Assembly: GCA_016748015.1 (NCBI GenBank)
Contig: JAAOMT010000517.1
Span: forward strand, 1 to 43,811
From: Geosiphon pyriformis uo1
Lineage: Eukaryota > Fungi > Glomeromycota
DNA length: 43,811 nucleotides
Direction of reading: 5' to 3'
The notes under the pieces are model-generated. The model was given only the letters and a program-made list of their open reading frames with translations, did no database searches and had not been told where the DNA came from. Below, piece by piece: positions 25,279-38,317 of this stretch. Made by a program: the position numbers and the translations under genes. Positions within the stretch are counted from its first letter, which is position 1. Each line of letters begins with the position of its first letter.

Positions 25279-26648
25279 TTAACTTTTAAATTTTTTACTT
25301 AAACACTCTCCCATTTTGTATCCAAAATAAGGACCTAGTTTTTGTTGCCCACGAGTCTTCTTTGGAGCATTTTTATTACATTCCTAAAAAAAGGGTATTA
25401 GGAAAAAATTAAAAAAACTTCAATAACTAATTAATTAATTAATTAATTAAATGTCTACTTCTGGTTCTCCAATATATCCCAAAGGTTTCCGTACACCGAT
25501 ACATTCGTAAATCTCTTCTTTTCCAAGTTTACAATCGCAATTATTCCCAATCCAAATTTCTACGGTATGATGAAAATATGTTGTATTTCCTTTTTGTGAG
25601 GGAAATTGCGGAATGTAATCATCTTGATAGGTAATTCTCCATACTTTTTGGATTAAATTATTCTGAATCTCAATTTGATTTAATTCTTTGTTTACAAAAT
25701 TTGAAAATTCCCAATCACCAAAACGTGGTGAACCGAATGTTAATACTTGGATGTCTGGGTAATGAGGGAATGGTCTATTTTTTTTCAGACCCTTAATAAC
25801 CAGTTTTGATTGAGAGTCTTTTTGAACCCTTTTAAAATCTAAAGCTGCAAATACCGCTAACACTTTATTTTAAATTTGAGTTTGAAAGAAAATTAAAAAT
25901 TTCACGCTTAAAAAAGATGCAAATAATTTTGAACAAACAAGGTTTTCTCAATATTTTAACTTACCACCGCCGAGGTAATGACCAACAAATATAATTTTAT
26001 TAATATTTTTTCCCGCCCCCCAAAAGTTAAGAAATTTGTTTACCAATTTTTGCTTGAAGGTTTCATATTTATTGTATAATTCTTTATCAACCCGAGCTTT
26101 TGGCTCATTTTGATACTGAATCAACTCTTTAGGTAAAACACGCCATCGACTTCTGGTGTGATGGAAAGCAATGTAGAGAACATTTTCAACTGGATAAAAA
26201 CCAACGTACACTCCTTGACTTAATTTATCTGGCTCATGTGACAAACAGTAGGCTGCACTAGCAAATTGAGCTGCAGTTTCCAGTCTGGGTAAAAGTGAGC
26301 TATTTTTGGGAATTAAAATCTTTGTCTGGACTTGTTTTTCGTTTCGTTTCAACGGCCAAGAAATATTTCTTTATTTGAAAAAAAGGAATTATGGTGTATC
26401 GAAATTTGTGACCAAAATTCATTGCAATTTTTTATTCACGTTCAAACCTACTTTAAAACTTGGCCGGTCAACGACCAAGGTTCTGAAGACACTGTTTTTT
26501 TAGCATGAAAGGTAAAATTCTCAAAACTAATGTGTATTTCTGGCTTTATAAAATATATGCAAAAACCCCATAATAACAGAATATGTACAAGAGAAAAATA
26601 ATTTTGTTGCCAAAGTGTCCTTTGCAAAAATTCTAAACTACGTGTCAT
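25279..26648 (-). CDS. Lipase_3-like pseudoenzyme L5 (Ser->Tyr; catalytic His absent)
   Basis: Exons 26648-26452, 26368-25965, 25862-25459, 25383-25279. The first intron (26369-26451) is inferred because it restores the frame. AYC; VGHYLGG; TFGSPRFG; DDYIPQFP; CDC; QKLGPYFG. Confidence 0.8.
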
Positions 26649-28331
26649 TTCGACTGATAGTGATCGATTTTTTAATAAAAATATTTAATAAGAATTATTT
26701 GCTTTAGTTAAAAAGTAGGTTTCAGAATCGAACAAAAAATACCCTTAAATGGAGAACATGCAATTCAATTGATCGCACAGATTTGAGCCTTTTGATTTAG
26801 CCATAATAGTAACAAAAGATTTTTCTGTTGACACTTAAATGAGAAAACGTCCAAAAAAGAATTGGACTTAGATAATTATGAGATATTTGGAAGATGAAAA
26901 AAATACGTATTCAATTAATTATAATGGTTTTGAGAAAATGACTTTTGCTTTTAGCTTTATTTGCTGTATTTTCAGATGATTAAATATTAGTATTATTTTT
27001 TATATTTTAATTAACGGTGATAGATTTGTTTATCAACCCCAAGATTTTTGAAATGGAGATGATTTCATTATAATAAGAATATCATCAAGGAAATACTCGT
27101 ATTTATAGTTTAATTACAAAAATTAGAAAAAAAATAACCGAATTTAAATCAGGAAATGTACTGTCGTAAAAAAAGGCTTTTTCATTATATTTATTTCAAG
27201 ATTGTGGATTGTACTTACAATTAGACTTGCAAAAGTTTCGAGAATCTAAATTTAGAATCATTTTGGAATTTCATTCCGATTCTCACATCAATGCTAGACA
27301 ATATTAAAGACTTAAATTATTTCAAATGACTGATATAATTTTGAAGGTCATGCTAATAGGAAATATCTTATTCCAGTCTTCATTTGGGAACTAGGTAAAT
27401 CATCTCACGACTAAAACTTGATTTAAAAAAAGAAATCAATCCAATTATGCTTTAGGTAGTTTCAATTTAATGTAAACCCATATTATTAGTTTAGAATTTT
27501 CGCTGAAAGTAAAATAAACCAAGTTACATTATACTAAAAAGATTTGAATTTATAAATTTTTCTCTGATTTTTTTTTAGCTTCTTAAAAACATAACTGGAA
27601 AACGAACAAAACGCTAGCCAAAGTAAAAAGTGTTTTTTGTTGAAGAAGATTAAGCATTAACAATAATTTATTTTTTAAACTTACTTTTCCGTTATATTTA
27701 GTATGAAACGTCAAGGGCAAAATTAAATAATATTAGCCTTAAATATATTTAATAATACGAAATTTGCGTTTTATTTCATAATTTTCAAAATTAACCAACT
27801 GTTGAAAATAGATAAAATGAAAATAAACCAAGTTAATTCTAAAAGTGCAAAATTAGTGAAAAAGCTAGTAATTAAATCATTATTCACCATTTGTGCACCT
27901 AAAAATCAATTTTTATGAACGAAAAATATTATTTTTTTGGGGGGATTTAATTTCGAGAATTTTTTTTAAACCAATGCATCGCACTCTTTGGATATATATA
28001 TATAAATGTACCTTTTATTTAAAGGTGAAATATTACTTGTAAAACTCTAAAGTTTATTGTCAAAATTAAGAATCTAATTTTCACGGAATCTTGATGCTTT
28101 TTTATTTAATAATAAGCGATTTTATAAAAATTCCGGTAATCGATAAAACTCTTGAAATAAAGATATATTCATCATTTCAAAAGAATTAAATACCTTTTCC
28201 AGTAGTGTAAAATTTTATCGATAATCATAAAACTTTTTAGTTTGTTGATTTTAGAAATTTTTTACAATTCCTAGGATAGATAATGCTCAATAGTAATTAT
28301 AAGCTCTAAATTTACAGAAATTCAATTTAAT

Positions 28332-29311
28332 NNNNNNNNNNNNNNNNNNNNNNNNNNNNNNNNNNNNNNNNNNNNNNNNNNNNNNNNNNNNNNNNNNNNN
28401 NNNNNNNNNNNNNNNNNNNNNNNNNNNNNNNNNNNNNNNNNNNNNNNNNNNNNNNNNNNNNNNNNNNNNNNNNNNNNNNNNNNNNNNNNNNNNNNNNNNN
28501 NNNNNNNNNNNNNNNNNNNNNNNNNNNNNNNNNNNNNNNNNNNNNNNNNNNNNNNNNNNNNNNNNNNNNNNNNNNNNNNNNNNNNNNNNNNNNNNNNNNN
28601 NNNNNNNNNNNNNNNNNNNNNNNNNNNNNNNNNNNNNNNNNNNNNNNNNNNNNNNNNNNNNNNNNNNNNNNNNNNNNNNNNNNNNNNNNNNNNNNNNNNN
28701 NNNNNNNNNNNNNNNNNNNNNNNNNNNNNNNNNNNNNNNNNNNNNNNNNNNNNNNNNNNNNNNNNNNNNNNNNNNNNNNNNNNNNNNNNNNNNNNNNNNN
28801 NNNNNNNNNNNNNNNNNNNNNNNNNNNNNNNNNNNNNNNNNNNNNNNNNNNNNNNNNNNNNNNNNNNNNNNNNNNNNNNNNNNNNNNNNNNNNNNNNNNN
28901 NNNNNNNNNNNNNNNNNNNNNNNNNNNNNNNNNNNNNNNNNNNNNNNNNNNNNNNNNNNNNNNNNNNNNNNNNNNNNNNNNNNNNNNNNNNNNNNNNNNN
29001 NNNNNNNNNNNNNNNNNNNNNNNNNNNNNNNNNNNNNNNNNNNNNNNNNNNNNNNNNNNNNNNNNNNNNNNNNNNNNNNNNNNNNNNNNNNNNNNNNNNN
29101 NNNNNNNNNNNNNNNNNNNNNNNNNNNNNNNNNNNNNNNNNNNNNNNNNNNNNNNNNNNNNNNNNNNNNNNNNNNNNNNNNNNNNNNNNNNNNNNNNNNN
29201 NNNNNNNNNNNNNNNNNNNNNNNNNNNNNNNNNNNNNNNNNNNNNNNNNNNNNNNNNNNNNNNNNNNNNNNNNNNNNNNNNNNNNNNNNNNNNNNNNNNN
29301 NNNNNNNNNNN
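28332..29311. other. Scaffold gap (980 N)
   Basis: Run of n. It probably hides the 5' part of lipase-like gene L6. Confidence 0.99.
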
Positions 29312-29322
29312 TTAATAATTAG

Positions 29323-30248
29323 GGCCAGAAATGATTAAAAGCCAAATAGAAAAAACCAAGTTTACACTAGAAAACTTCCTCCCTGATATGGGAGCTAAAA
29401 TTCCAATAAGATTTGATTCAAATTGGTGGAGATCATTGCCAGATGACTGTTTGAAACTGTTTGACGGTAGAATACAACGCGCTCTAATGATATTAACTGA
29501 CATAGAAGCGAATAAATCGATTCGTATTGTTTTAAGTGGACATGGTATTGGTGGATGTAAGCAATTATTAAAAATTTTGATTTATTCTTTTTCAAGCAAA
29601 AGTTTAAAAGTTAGTAGCTGGGATCCTAACTATATAGTTTAATTATGATATTAGTTTATGCAGAAATATACGGCTTGTTATTGATATCTCATCCAAGATA
29701 TAATGAAAATATTTCTACTACTATTATAACATTTGGCTCTCCACGTCCGGGAAATTCTCAGCTTGCAGCTCAATACCAGCAAAGGCTTAGAATTGGTCTC
29801 AGAGTCTACAGGATTACACATTCCAATGACTATTTCCCTCATTTTCCAAAGATATCAACCGATGGTAAACTATATATGCACCCTGGTACTGAGTATTGGA
29901 TTCCAGATAGTAATTGTAATTGCCAAGATCCTGATGCTTCCAAACTTCTTCGTGAAGGTTATGATATTATCTATGAATGTCCCGAATTTTCACTACAGGA
30001 TAAAAAAAAATATGGCGAAAATACGGTATTTATAGTTTTTATCAAAAAAAGGCTTTTATATAGAAAGTTATTTTAATTTATTATTTTAGAGTGTTATTAA
30101 GTAAATATAAAAATAGCTCATTTATTTAACTTTTTTGTAGGAATGCAATTTAGGTACTGATGGTAAAGGAACAAGAGCTCATTTCGGCCCTTATTTTGGA
30201 GTGACATTTGGAAGTTGTGAAGAGTATTATCCTATTGGTAGAATTTAA
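29323..30248 (+). CDS. Lipase_3-like pseudoenzyme L6, 5'-partial (Ser->Gly; His retained)
   Basis: Visible exons ~29323-29556, 29655-30025, 30141-30248. SGHGIGG; TFGSPRPGN; NDYFPHFP; HPGTEYW; CNC; AHFGPYFG. Confidence 0.85.
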
Positions 30249-31605
30249 ATTTAGAAATTTGCAAAAAGTTTAGAAGCGAAAATATTTCATATAAAGTACG
30301 GGAAGAAAAATTTTACCCTTTGTTATTACACAATCTTTCAATAATCTGTTTTGTAAATAAATTCTCAAATAGCTAGTTTAAAACGCTAAATATATTAATT
30401 AAGAATAAGTAAAGAATTTTTTCACCACCTCTTTCGATTCAATTCTTTTTAACAAAATCCGGAACACTTGCCCACCCCTTTTGACCATAAAATGCTCTAA
30501 TTCAGCCAGATTTTTTCGCTACCTTTTTTCTACATTCTTCTTTACTATGCCTAAGGGAATCTCTTGGTAACACAACTACTAGTATGTTTGAGATCATAGT
30601 CTTGCTTAAAATGCCGGACACGTCTCAGCATTTTTGGTTTAAAGGTAAGTGTTTTTGTCAAAATCTCAACATAATAAGAGCCTGTAATTATTTGCTGGAA
30701 GCAGATCTGACTCATTTTTCCCTTTACGACTCCGGCCGATACAAAATTTTTACCCTATTTTTTGGGATCGAATGTGGACATTTATAAAATTTAAGTCAGC
30801 TGTATTATGAAAATCATTAGTCGATTTTCTGTTTGCATTTTTGATACTTTTTTCAAATGATGGTGCCCATTAATAATTGAAGAAAAACATTTAAATATTC
30901 AAAAAACTATTCTCATTAAAATATCCAACATGTCTGTGCCATATTTTTTTTCCCATTTTAAAATCAGTAGTGTCATCCAACAAAATTTTTCTGCTAATCA
31001 TAAGATGATCTACTATTATTAATAAATTTATCTTTGTGTAAAATATATAACATTAATGAATTTGAATGGATCAAATAACAAGTTTAGTATTATTTGAAAT
31101 GCTTTAGCAGTTGTAAATATTTTCTAATACATTATTTAGAAAAGTTTAATAATGGTAATAATGGTAAGAAGATTGAAAGTTTTGCTATTAAAGAGAATAC
31201 TAAAATTATTGAAAGATGGCCTTCTGCCAAGATTTGCAAATTTATATAAAATTGATTTTATTTGGACTTATTACCAAATCAGCATTCATGGAAGATTGAA
31301 AGAAAAAGATGTATAATTTATAATACACAGCAAATTTAAAAGTCTTTAACCCATCCTGTAAGCTCATTTATTTTAAACTTTTTTTTAAAATCAAATTTTG
31401 TTTTTAAGATATAGATCAATTATTTAAGGTTTACGAAGGAATTAATATTTATACCAACTCTACACTATAAGTCTTGATTTAAATCCACCTCAATTTATAA
31501 AAGTTTGAAACTATTTTATAGCTAAAGTTTCCGCAAAATATATATTTTAAATAGCAAATAAGTTATATTCTTTTTTGATACGAATTGTGAACTTTAATTA
31601 ATTTA

Positions 31606-33061
31606 TTATTCCCCGATCAAATTTCGTGTATCACATAAACCCATGACGACCCCGAAATAGGGCCCTTTGTGAGCCTTGTACGCTGTTTTATCTTCCCCTT
31701 TTTGGCCGACATTACATAACTTTTGAAAGGAATTAACAGAAAATCCCAAGTTAGATTGATGTAATAAATCGGTTTTTTCTGATTACCATCACTAACCGGA
31801 TGTTCTTCCGAACTGGGGCAAGTATAAAGCTTGAAATTTTCCATTCCAATTTCTTCTTCTGATCCTTGAACATTGGCCTGACCAGCACAATTACAATCTC
31901 TCACATCAATCCAAAACTCCAATCCATGATGCATGTAAAAAAAATCATTTCGAGGTGGTAATTGTTTTCGGGGAACATAATCATTGGCATTTGTTACACG
32001 CGCAATCAAGATTCCCAGTTCATTAACAGCACGAGCGAATTTGGCTGTTCCAATCCTCGGTTGGCCAAAAGTTACAATTGCAGTTTGGAGATCTTTGAAT
32101 TTTCCGTTTCCTTTTGATTTTTCAATTTCAAAGTAAAGTCCTGCTAAAAGGGCGTATGCTTTTATAAGATTGTGACAGAAATAAAAAAATTGACTAAATT
32201 AGATATTTCAATTATAGACATAAAAGCAATATCTACACAGCCTTAACTTTACAGAATATTTAAGATTACCTCCACCAACACCATGACCCGTAAATATGAG
32301 CTTTTCATAATTTTCGTAATTTTGAATTTTTCGATACAATTGAGGCAACATAACTTGTACATCCATATTCCAAATTTTGTCAACCAATGTATTATCAGGA
32401 GGTCTATTAAAGAGAGAACTAAAATCAAAATTTACTAAAACTTTTGGTCGCATTTTCCATTCGTTGGGACTCAAATTTTTTCCCCAAAAATAAGCAATAA
32501 TTTCTTTTTCGTTTGGGACTAGATGGATCTCAGCTATAGAAAGTAATTAAACTAAATTCATAAGAAATCTAAAAAAGTTGCATCAAAGTCTCCAGCCTGG
32601 GAATACTTTTAAAAAAATTTTTAGTTACCAATTTTATCGGGAGCCTCGTTTCCATTTGTAGGACTACAGTACCCTAGTGCTGCTACCTGTGCCATGCGGG
32701 CAAGTAAATCCCATGGCCCCGTATGAGGGGAGACCTCAATAATTTTCTGCGTTTTTAATGTAACTCGAGGTTGTTTTGATTTACCAAAAAAGTAAAAACT
32801 TGATTCCAACTTAGATCTAAAATTGCGAGAAAATGCGTTTCTTGGTGATAATCTTGGATGTAAATTTAACCAATTGCTGATATTATATTGGTTTTCTTCA
32901 GGGGTTCGACTTAGGAATTCAAAAGATTTGAGGGAGTTAAAAAATTTGTTGTAAAATAATATTATCACTATAAATAAAAAGAATGTATAAAGTGAGGTTT
33001 TATGAAAAACTATCTTGAAATTTTTTCTGACGTTACTTCGAGAAAAATTTATGAGATACAT
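31606..33061 (-). CDS. Lipase_3-like pseudoenzyme L7 (Ser->Gly; His retained)
   Basis: Exons 33061-32629, 32533-32270, 32158-31797, 31719-31606. TM helix; GYC; TGHGVGG; TFGQPRIG; NDYVPR; CNC; AHKGPYFG. Confidence 0.88.
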
Positions 33062-34259
33062 TGAGATTGGCTTTAGAAAATGTTTTTATTCATAATGTAA
33101 CAAAACTTATCCCATATTTTTTAGAGGTTTTGTATTGCAGAAAAAGTTATTAAAATACAGGATATTTCTTGAAATATTTATTTGTATTATCATTCACGAA
33201 TTTTCACTATCATAGTCATATTTTGATTAATACATGTATATCAACAAACGGGAAAAAAAATTTCGCACGCTCTTCATCAAACTTTTTAGGTGTAAAATTC
33301 TTTGACTCAGCGATAAATAGAATATTCTGACAAAAAAACAATTTTTAAAAGAAATATAATTTACTTTTTGTGGCAAGTTATTATAAATACCTTTGAAGTT
33401 GTTTTCAAAATTTTTGTCCATCAACTATTTAAGAATATTGGTATAATTTTTTGGCTAAAATATCAAGACTAGATTAATGTTTGATATTGTGAAGATTATA
33501 AATTTTTAAAAGTTATTTTCACATTATAACAGAAAAATATGTATGATTTACTTACAGATATGAACCTTTGTTACCAACTATAACAATAAATTATTATTAT
33601 CAAAGTAATCTCAAAAACCATTATTCAACAAATATTTTTCAGATCAAAAACATGTATGTTTAATAAGAACTAATATGAATCAAATTTAAACATTTTGTTT
33701 ATTATAAAGACTGAATTGGGTAAAAAAAATTTAGATATTTTCTTTAAACATTAAGTTCAGATTTAATTTATATGTATTTTTTAAGAACATTGTTTTAATT
33801 TTTTTGAATTTTATTTGAAAACCTAAAATAAATATTTATTAACCAATTTATCGTTTATTGATTTAACAAAACCAAGAATTAATATATATTGTGTTTCTCT
33901 TGAATTCCTAGCCTTAGTAAAAAATTACATTTATTTTCTCTTGGAAAAAAATTTACTTTAAAAAGCTTACCAGAAAATTCTCCAATTTTATAATTAGAAA
34001 ACAATTGGTTTTTGAAATTTTTCTCTTATATCTAATTAGTTTAAATTAATTATCAAGTTTATTAATTAATCAATTAATATAAACAAATTGAACCAGAACC
34101 TATTAGAAATATGGATTATTATTTTCTTTTTCATTAAATGTATTTAGACTTGTATTACATTTTAATAATTCAAATGATTAATATAAATTGTTATCAAGAT
34201 TTGAAAAAATTAATCAAAGGTCTAAATTATGTTCCGTCTGTTTCATGAAATCTAATTAT

Positions 34260-34322
34260 GATAAAATGGGTTTTTACTGCTAAAAAGATAAATGGGTTTT
34301 TACTGCTAAAAAGATAAATGGA
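34260..34322. repeat. ~26-bp tandem duplication
   Basis: gataaatgggtttttactgctaaaaa repeated twice plus a partial copy. Confidence 0.85.
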
Positions 34323-35253
34323 GATTTATATTCTAATCATAATTTTTAGGAATTAATTTTTACAAAAGCAGTTTTAATTATAGAAATTGATAAAATTACG
34401 CTTCATAATCAAGAATGCTCTTGCGATACATAATCACGAAAACAAACAGACAAAAAATTAAAGTTTAAACCTTGCTGTTAAAAAGTATGGGTGAATGTTG
34501 TACACTCTAGTGTCATGAGACTGCTACTTCCTGTTGTAGCAGCAAACTCAATTTTTTTGTTAGACAGTTGTAAGTACGTATAACTGTTGAATTATATCTC
34601 GGAATCTGTAAAAAATGTGTCAAAAATCTCAAATAGCTTTGAAAACTTTTTGAACTGTGATAGCTAAAAATTTCCCCATTGAAATTAAAAGTAACAAATT
34701 TTAATCATAATAGCTACTTCAACAATTTCTTTGAACAATGCTACTTTCTCATGATCTATTCATTTTCTGAAAGAAAAATTAAAAATATTCATATATTAAT
34801 TCATTTCCGAATATAAAAATAAAAATAAAATTCAAATATTGATTCCAAAAGTTTAACAAAAACGTGGCTCTAAAATTTACTTAATATAAGAATGTTGTTT
34901 TTGGAAAAATAAAAAAGTCAGACTTCATATTACTTAAAAGGTTGCAGTTTATTTGCTTTACAAAACTTGGAAATAGTAAGGAGTACGAGTCAGATTTAAT
35001 CGATTAAAAAAAAGTTGTCGCATGACATGACTCGTGAGACAATTCAACAAAAATTGGTAGGTAAAAAGGGCCATTTTTGCAATGTACATGTATTACAAAA
35101 CTTCTCTCTTATTTCCCGTTTGATGCATGTGTGGCACCGCTGTCAAAAGTTACCAAAAAAGAATGAATATTATGACGCGTGAGCAAAAGCAAACAAGCGG
35201 TGTAGAATGTCGTCAACATAAAATTTTTAAATAATCCTAACAATTGGAGGCAT

Positions 35254-35310
35254 CAAAAGTAACGCCCGGTTTTTTATATTGTTACACATGTAAATCGGGC
35301 GTTACTTTTG
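35254..35310. repeat. Perfect 15-bp inverted repeat with 27-nt spacer
   Basis: caaaagtaacgcccg (35254-35268) and cgggcgttacttttg (35296-35310). Confidence 0.9.
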
Positions 35311-35547
35311 GTATTCCTTTTTTTATTTTTTTGTATCTTTTTTTCATTATTTATTTCATCATCATCGTTACTATAATCAAAAGAAAATCAAAAAAATCCC
35401 AAATAATAAACAAAATCACCTACTCGACCAGCGAAAAGAAGAAAGGTTCTATAATAATAAATTCAATGACTAAACAGAATTTGAGAGAAAATAATAAAAT
35501 TTTTACATCATAAAAAAATTTGTCAAATTCCTTAATATTCGACCCGA

Positions 35548-36336
35548 TTAATCTTCAGTGACGACACCGATAGATTTCAGAGTAGCTACAATTTCTTCGG
35601 CTGGAACGTTTTCATCATATAATGAAGTCCATGATACTGCGGCACCGGTATACAAGGCAGGGGCAGCGAACGCTGTAACTCCGGCGGGGAATAAAACCGG
35701 TATCAATATTACGGCAATCAATGCCGCCGTCGTACCAATAATTAGGAACGGATGAGCAAGAACAAATTGTTTTGCTTCGTTAAACGCGGTCAGAAATGGA
35801 TTTTTCGATTTGCCACTACCATGACGAATATTAGCATTATGAAACGATCCACTTCTACCGTGAAGATGTTTTTGTTTCTCATGGAACGAATTAACCATCC
35901 TACTAACGTCAACATGTGGGTGATAATTCGTTAAATCAAGAGTATAAATTCTTGAGGCTGGATGTTCTAATCTTCCATTCTTGTCACCATTATGATAAGT
36001 CATTGCCAATTCTTGCGTTAGTGCCCGAGCACCATCGAGGCTTGATGCTTCAGAAGTGGATGTTTCAAGAATGAATTGGAATTTTTGAGTTACAGGGAAT
36101 GGTTGTACCACGCGAAATACTTGAAGAAAAGTTTGTACTGATTTTTGATCGGATAATACTAATCGTTGAATGGTGAATATTAAACGGTCATCGACGAGAT
36201 CAATTGAAAAGTATCGATTGAAAGCTGCTTTGTTGGTGCTTCTATTCATTCCTGTATTTGGTGGTAAATGTCCATTACGAACAAAAGCGTCAAGTAAAGC
36301 AACCTCGAATAGTTCTGTGTCTGATAGTTGAACCAT
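35548..36336 (-). CDS. Hypothetical intronless protein (262 aa) with a C-terminal hydrophobic/TM region
   Basis: Long ATG-initiated ORF with ordinary amino-acid composition in a higher-GC patch. Hydrophobic segment FLIIGTTAALIAVILIPVLFPAGVTAFAAPALYTGAAVSW. No family recognised. Confidence 0.8.
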   Translation of the reverse strand: MVQLSDTELFEVALLDAFVRNGHLPPNTGMNRSTNKAAFNRYFSIDLVDDRLIFTIQRLVLSDQKSVQTFLQVFRVVQPFPVTQKFQFILETSTSEASSLDGARALTQELAMTYHNGDKNGRLEHPASRIYTLDLTNYHPHVDVSRMVNSFHEKQKHLHGRSGSFHNANIRHGSGKSKNPFLTAFNEAKQFVLAHPFLIIGTTAALIAVILIPVLFPAGVTAFAAPALYTGAAVSWTSLYDENVPAEEIVATLKSIGVVTED

Positions 36337-37861
36337 ATTGAAGTGAATTCAAAGTCTAATGAATGAGAATGAAAGAAGATTGGACTGGATTAGATTGGAT
36401 TGGGTTGAATTGAATAGACAGGAGCAAACAGTTATTTCTCGTGTAGATAAAGAAAAAAATAGAAAATTCAAGTAAACATCTATCTGAGTGCCAGTTCAAA
36501 CTTACTAAAAGTCAAATAGAAAATTTAAATTTCGAGACAAAAACCAGTTTAAAAACAAGTATCAAAGAATTCGAGAAAAAAAATCAAGATTAGGTTTTTT
36601 AAACGCTACAACAATTTCAAGAAAGAAGGGTTATATATATTTATTCAAAGTCCTAACAATATCTTCCTTTTTTTTTTTTTGATAATACCTTTTAATCGAA
36701 TAATAAAAACTACTTCAAATAATCGTCTGTAAAACAATTTAACTCTTTATGATAAAAAAAACCATTAGTCCTACTCGAATTTTGTACGCATCACGCTCTT
36801 CGTCTCCTTTTCAGTGTTTTCTTCTATTATACTTTCGAATTGCTCGACAATGCCATTCCGCTACCCTTATCAAACACATCAGCAGGTATCTAAAGCAAAG
36901 CAAGCAATGTGTAAGCAAGAACAAAAAGAAACAGCAGATGCAGGAGTTATAATCACCTCAACTCCTAATAAAAGGTAATATTCATGCTTAATAAGGTTAA
37001 AAGAGACGAGAGGAAAATTATGCTTTGAGCCCCGGGAATTAATTTGATTATACTTGGCAGAAAGTGGATTTTTACCATAGTAAGTCTTTTCTTGCTTGCT
37101 TGCTTCTCAGTGTATAGAACAAAAAATTGAGATAAGACTTTTCTTTAACTATGAGTTGAACGGTTGATAACTTCTCCCAAAAAGAGGTTGTTTTTCTACC
37201 TGTTTGATCATGATCAGCATCTGAAATTGACGCCGTCCTTTTACAAACTGGGAAACAATTGTTTAACAATGCGATATTCACGACAGGCACCAAGTGAATC
37301 ACTACTTAATCACATTATGTAAATAATGATTGTATATGAATCGACTGATCACGAGTCATCCGGAGTAAAATGGTAATTATATTTTATTAACCTAATGTTC
37401 AATCTAAACAGTGGATGCATGTTGGCGCACATGTATGTTGGCGTATATTAGAGGAAGAAATTTTCATGCAACTGTTATTTGCATTGGGCTTTTTTTATAA
37501 TATCAAAATTTCTTTGCTAAACTATCGATTTAAGTTCAAAATTTCAAAAAAAATTTTGTTCATGATATGATGATAATGACCAAAGACTAATAAAAATAAT
37601 GATTCCCAAAAGGTCAGCTGAAGGAATTTTATAAAGTTCGAAATTTCGGGTTCCCTCTAACGCATAAATTAAATGAGAGTTTTGAAAGCTTCACATGCTG
37701 CAGAAGAAGGTTTTAGGTTAAATGACGAGCTTAAATAACTCCCTTAGGTTAGTGAACTTTGGTGAAGATTTTCGTTTTTTGATTCGCTACAAAACCTGGC
37801 AAACTTTTTTGAAAGCATTTTACTCACGTGGCTAATAATTTAGAAATGATTTATAATGTGC

Positions 37862-37871
37862 AATGATGATG

Positions 37872-37904
<33 letters not shown>

Positions 37905-37960
37905 GTAATAATAATAATAAAGTATTATTATTATTATACTATTATTATTTTTATTATTTA
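37862..37960. repeat. (AAT)n microsatellite immediately followed by an (ATT)n tract
   Basis: aat repeats to 37920, then tattattatt... to ~37960. Confidence 0.9.
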
Positions 37961-38265
37961 CTTATAATAGTCCTTTCGGAATATATTGCCGAATCGATTT
38001 AATCTTGCATGCATTATAAAGAATTTTACCTGAAAAGTTTTTAAAAAGAAACCATTTGCGAAACTAAATATTCACACATACTTGGTTCTGGTGGTATGGT
38101 ATGAAAATCAAAAATTACCAAGGTAATTTCAAGGGGCTCAAACAAAATAGAACTCTAGTTTCAAATAAATGCCGATTGATTTTACCAAATATATATTGTG
38201 CAGGTTAATTCTAGTCAGGTTTTTCTTAAAAAAGACCCGATTATTAAAATAATATTTTTATAATC

Positions 38266-38316
<51 letters not shown>
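38266..38316. repeat. (AAT)n microsatellite
   Basis: Uninterrupted aat run. Confidence 0.95.

Positions 38317-38317
<1 letters not shown>

Noticed and set aside
30420-30790. Possible MITE (ccgg-rich patch)
   Set aside because: Could not identify terminal inverted repeats or a target-site duplication.
35027-37358. Inverted 11-mers (atgactcgtga / tcacgagtcat) as TIRs around the orphan gene
   Set aside because: The match does not extend and no target-site duplication is evident.
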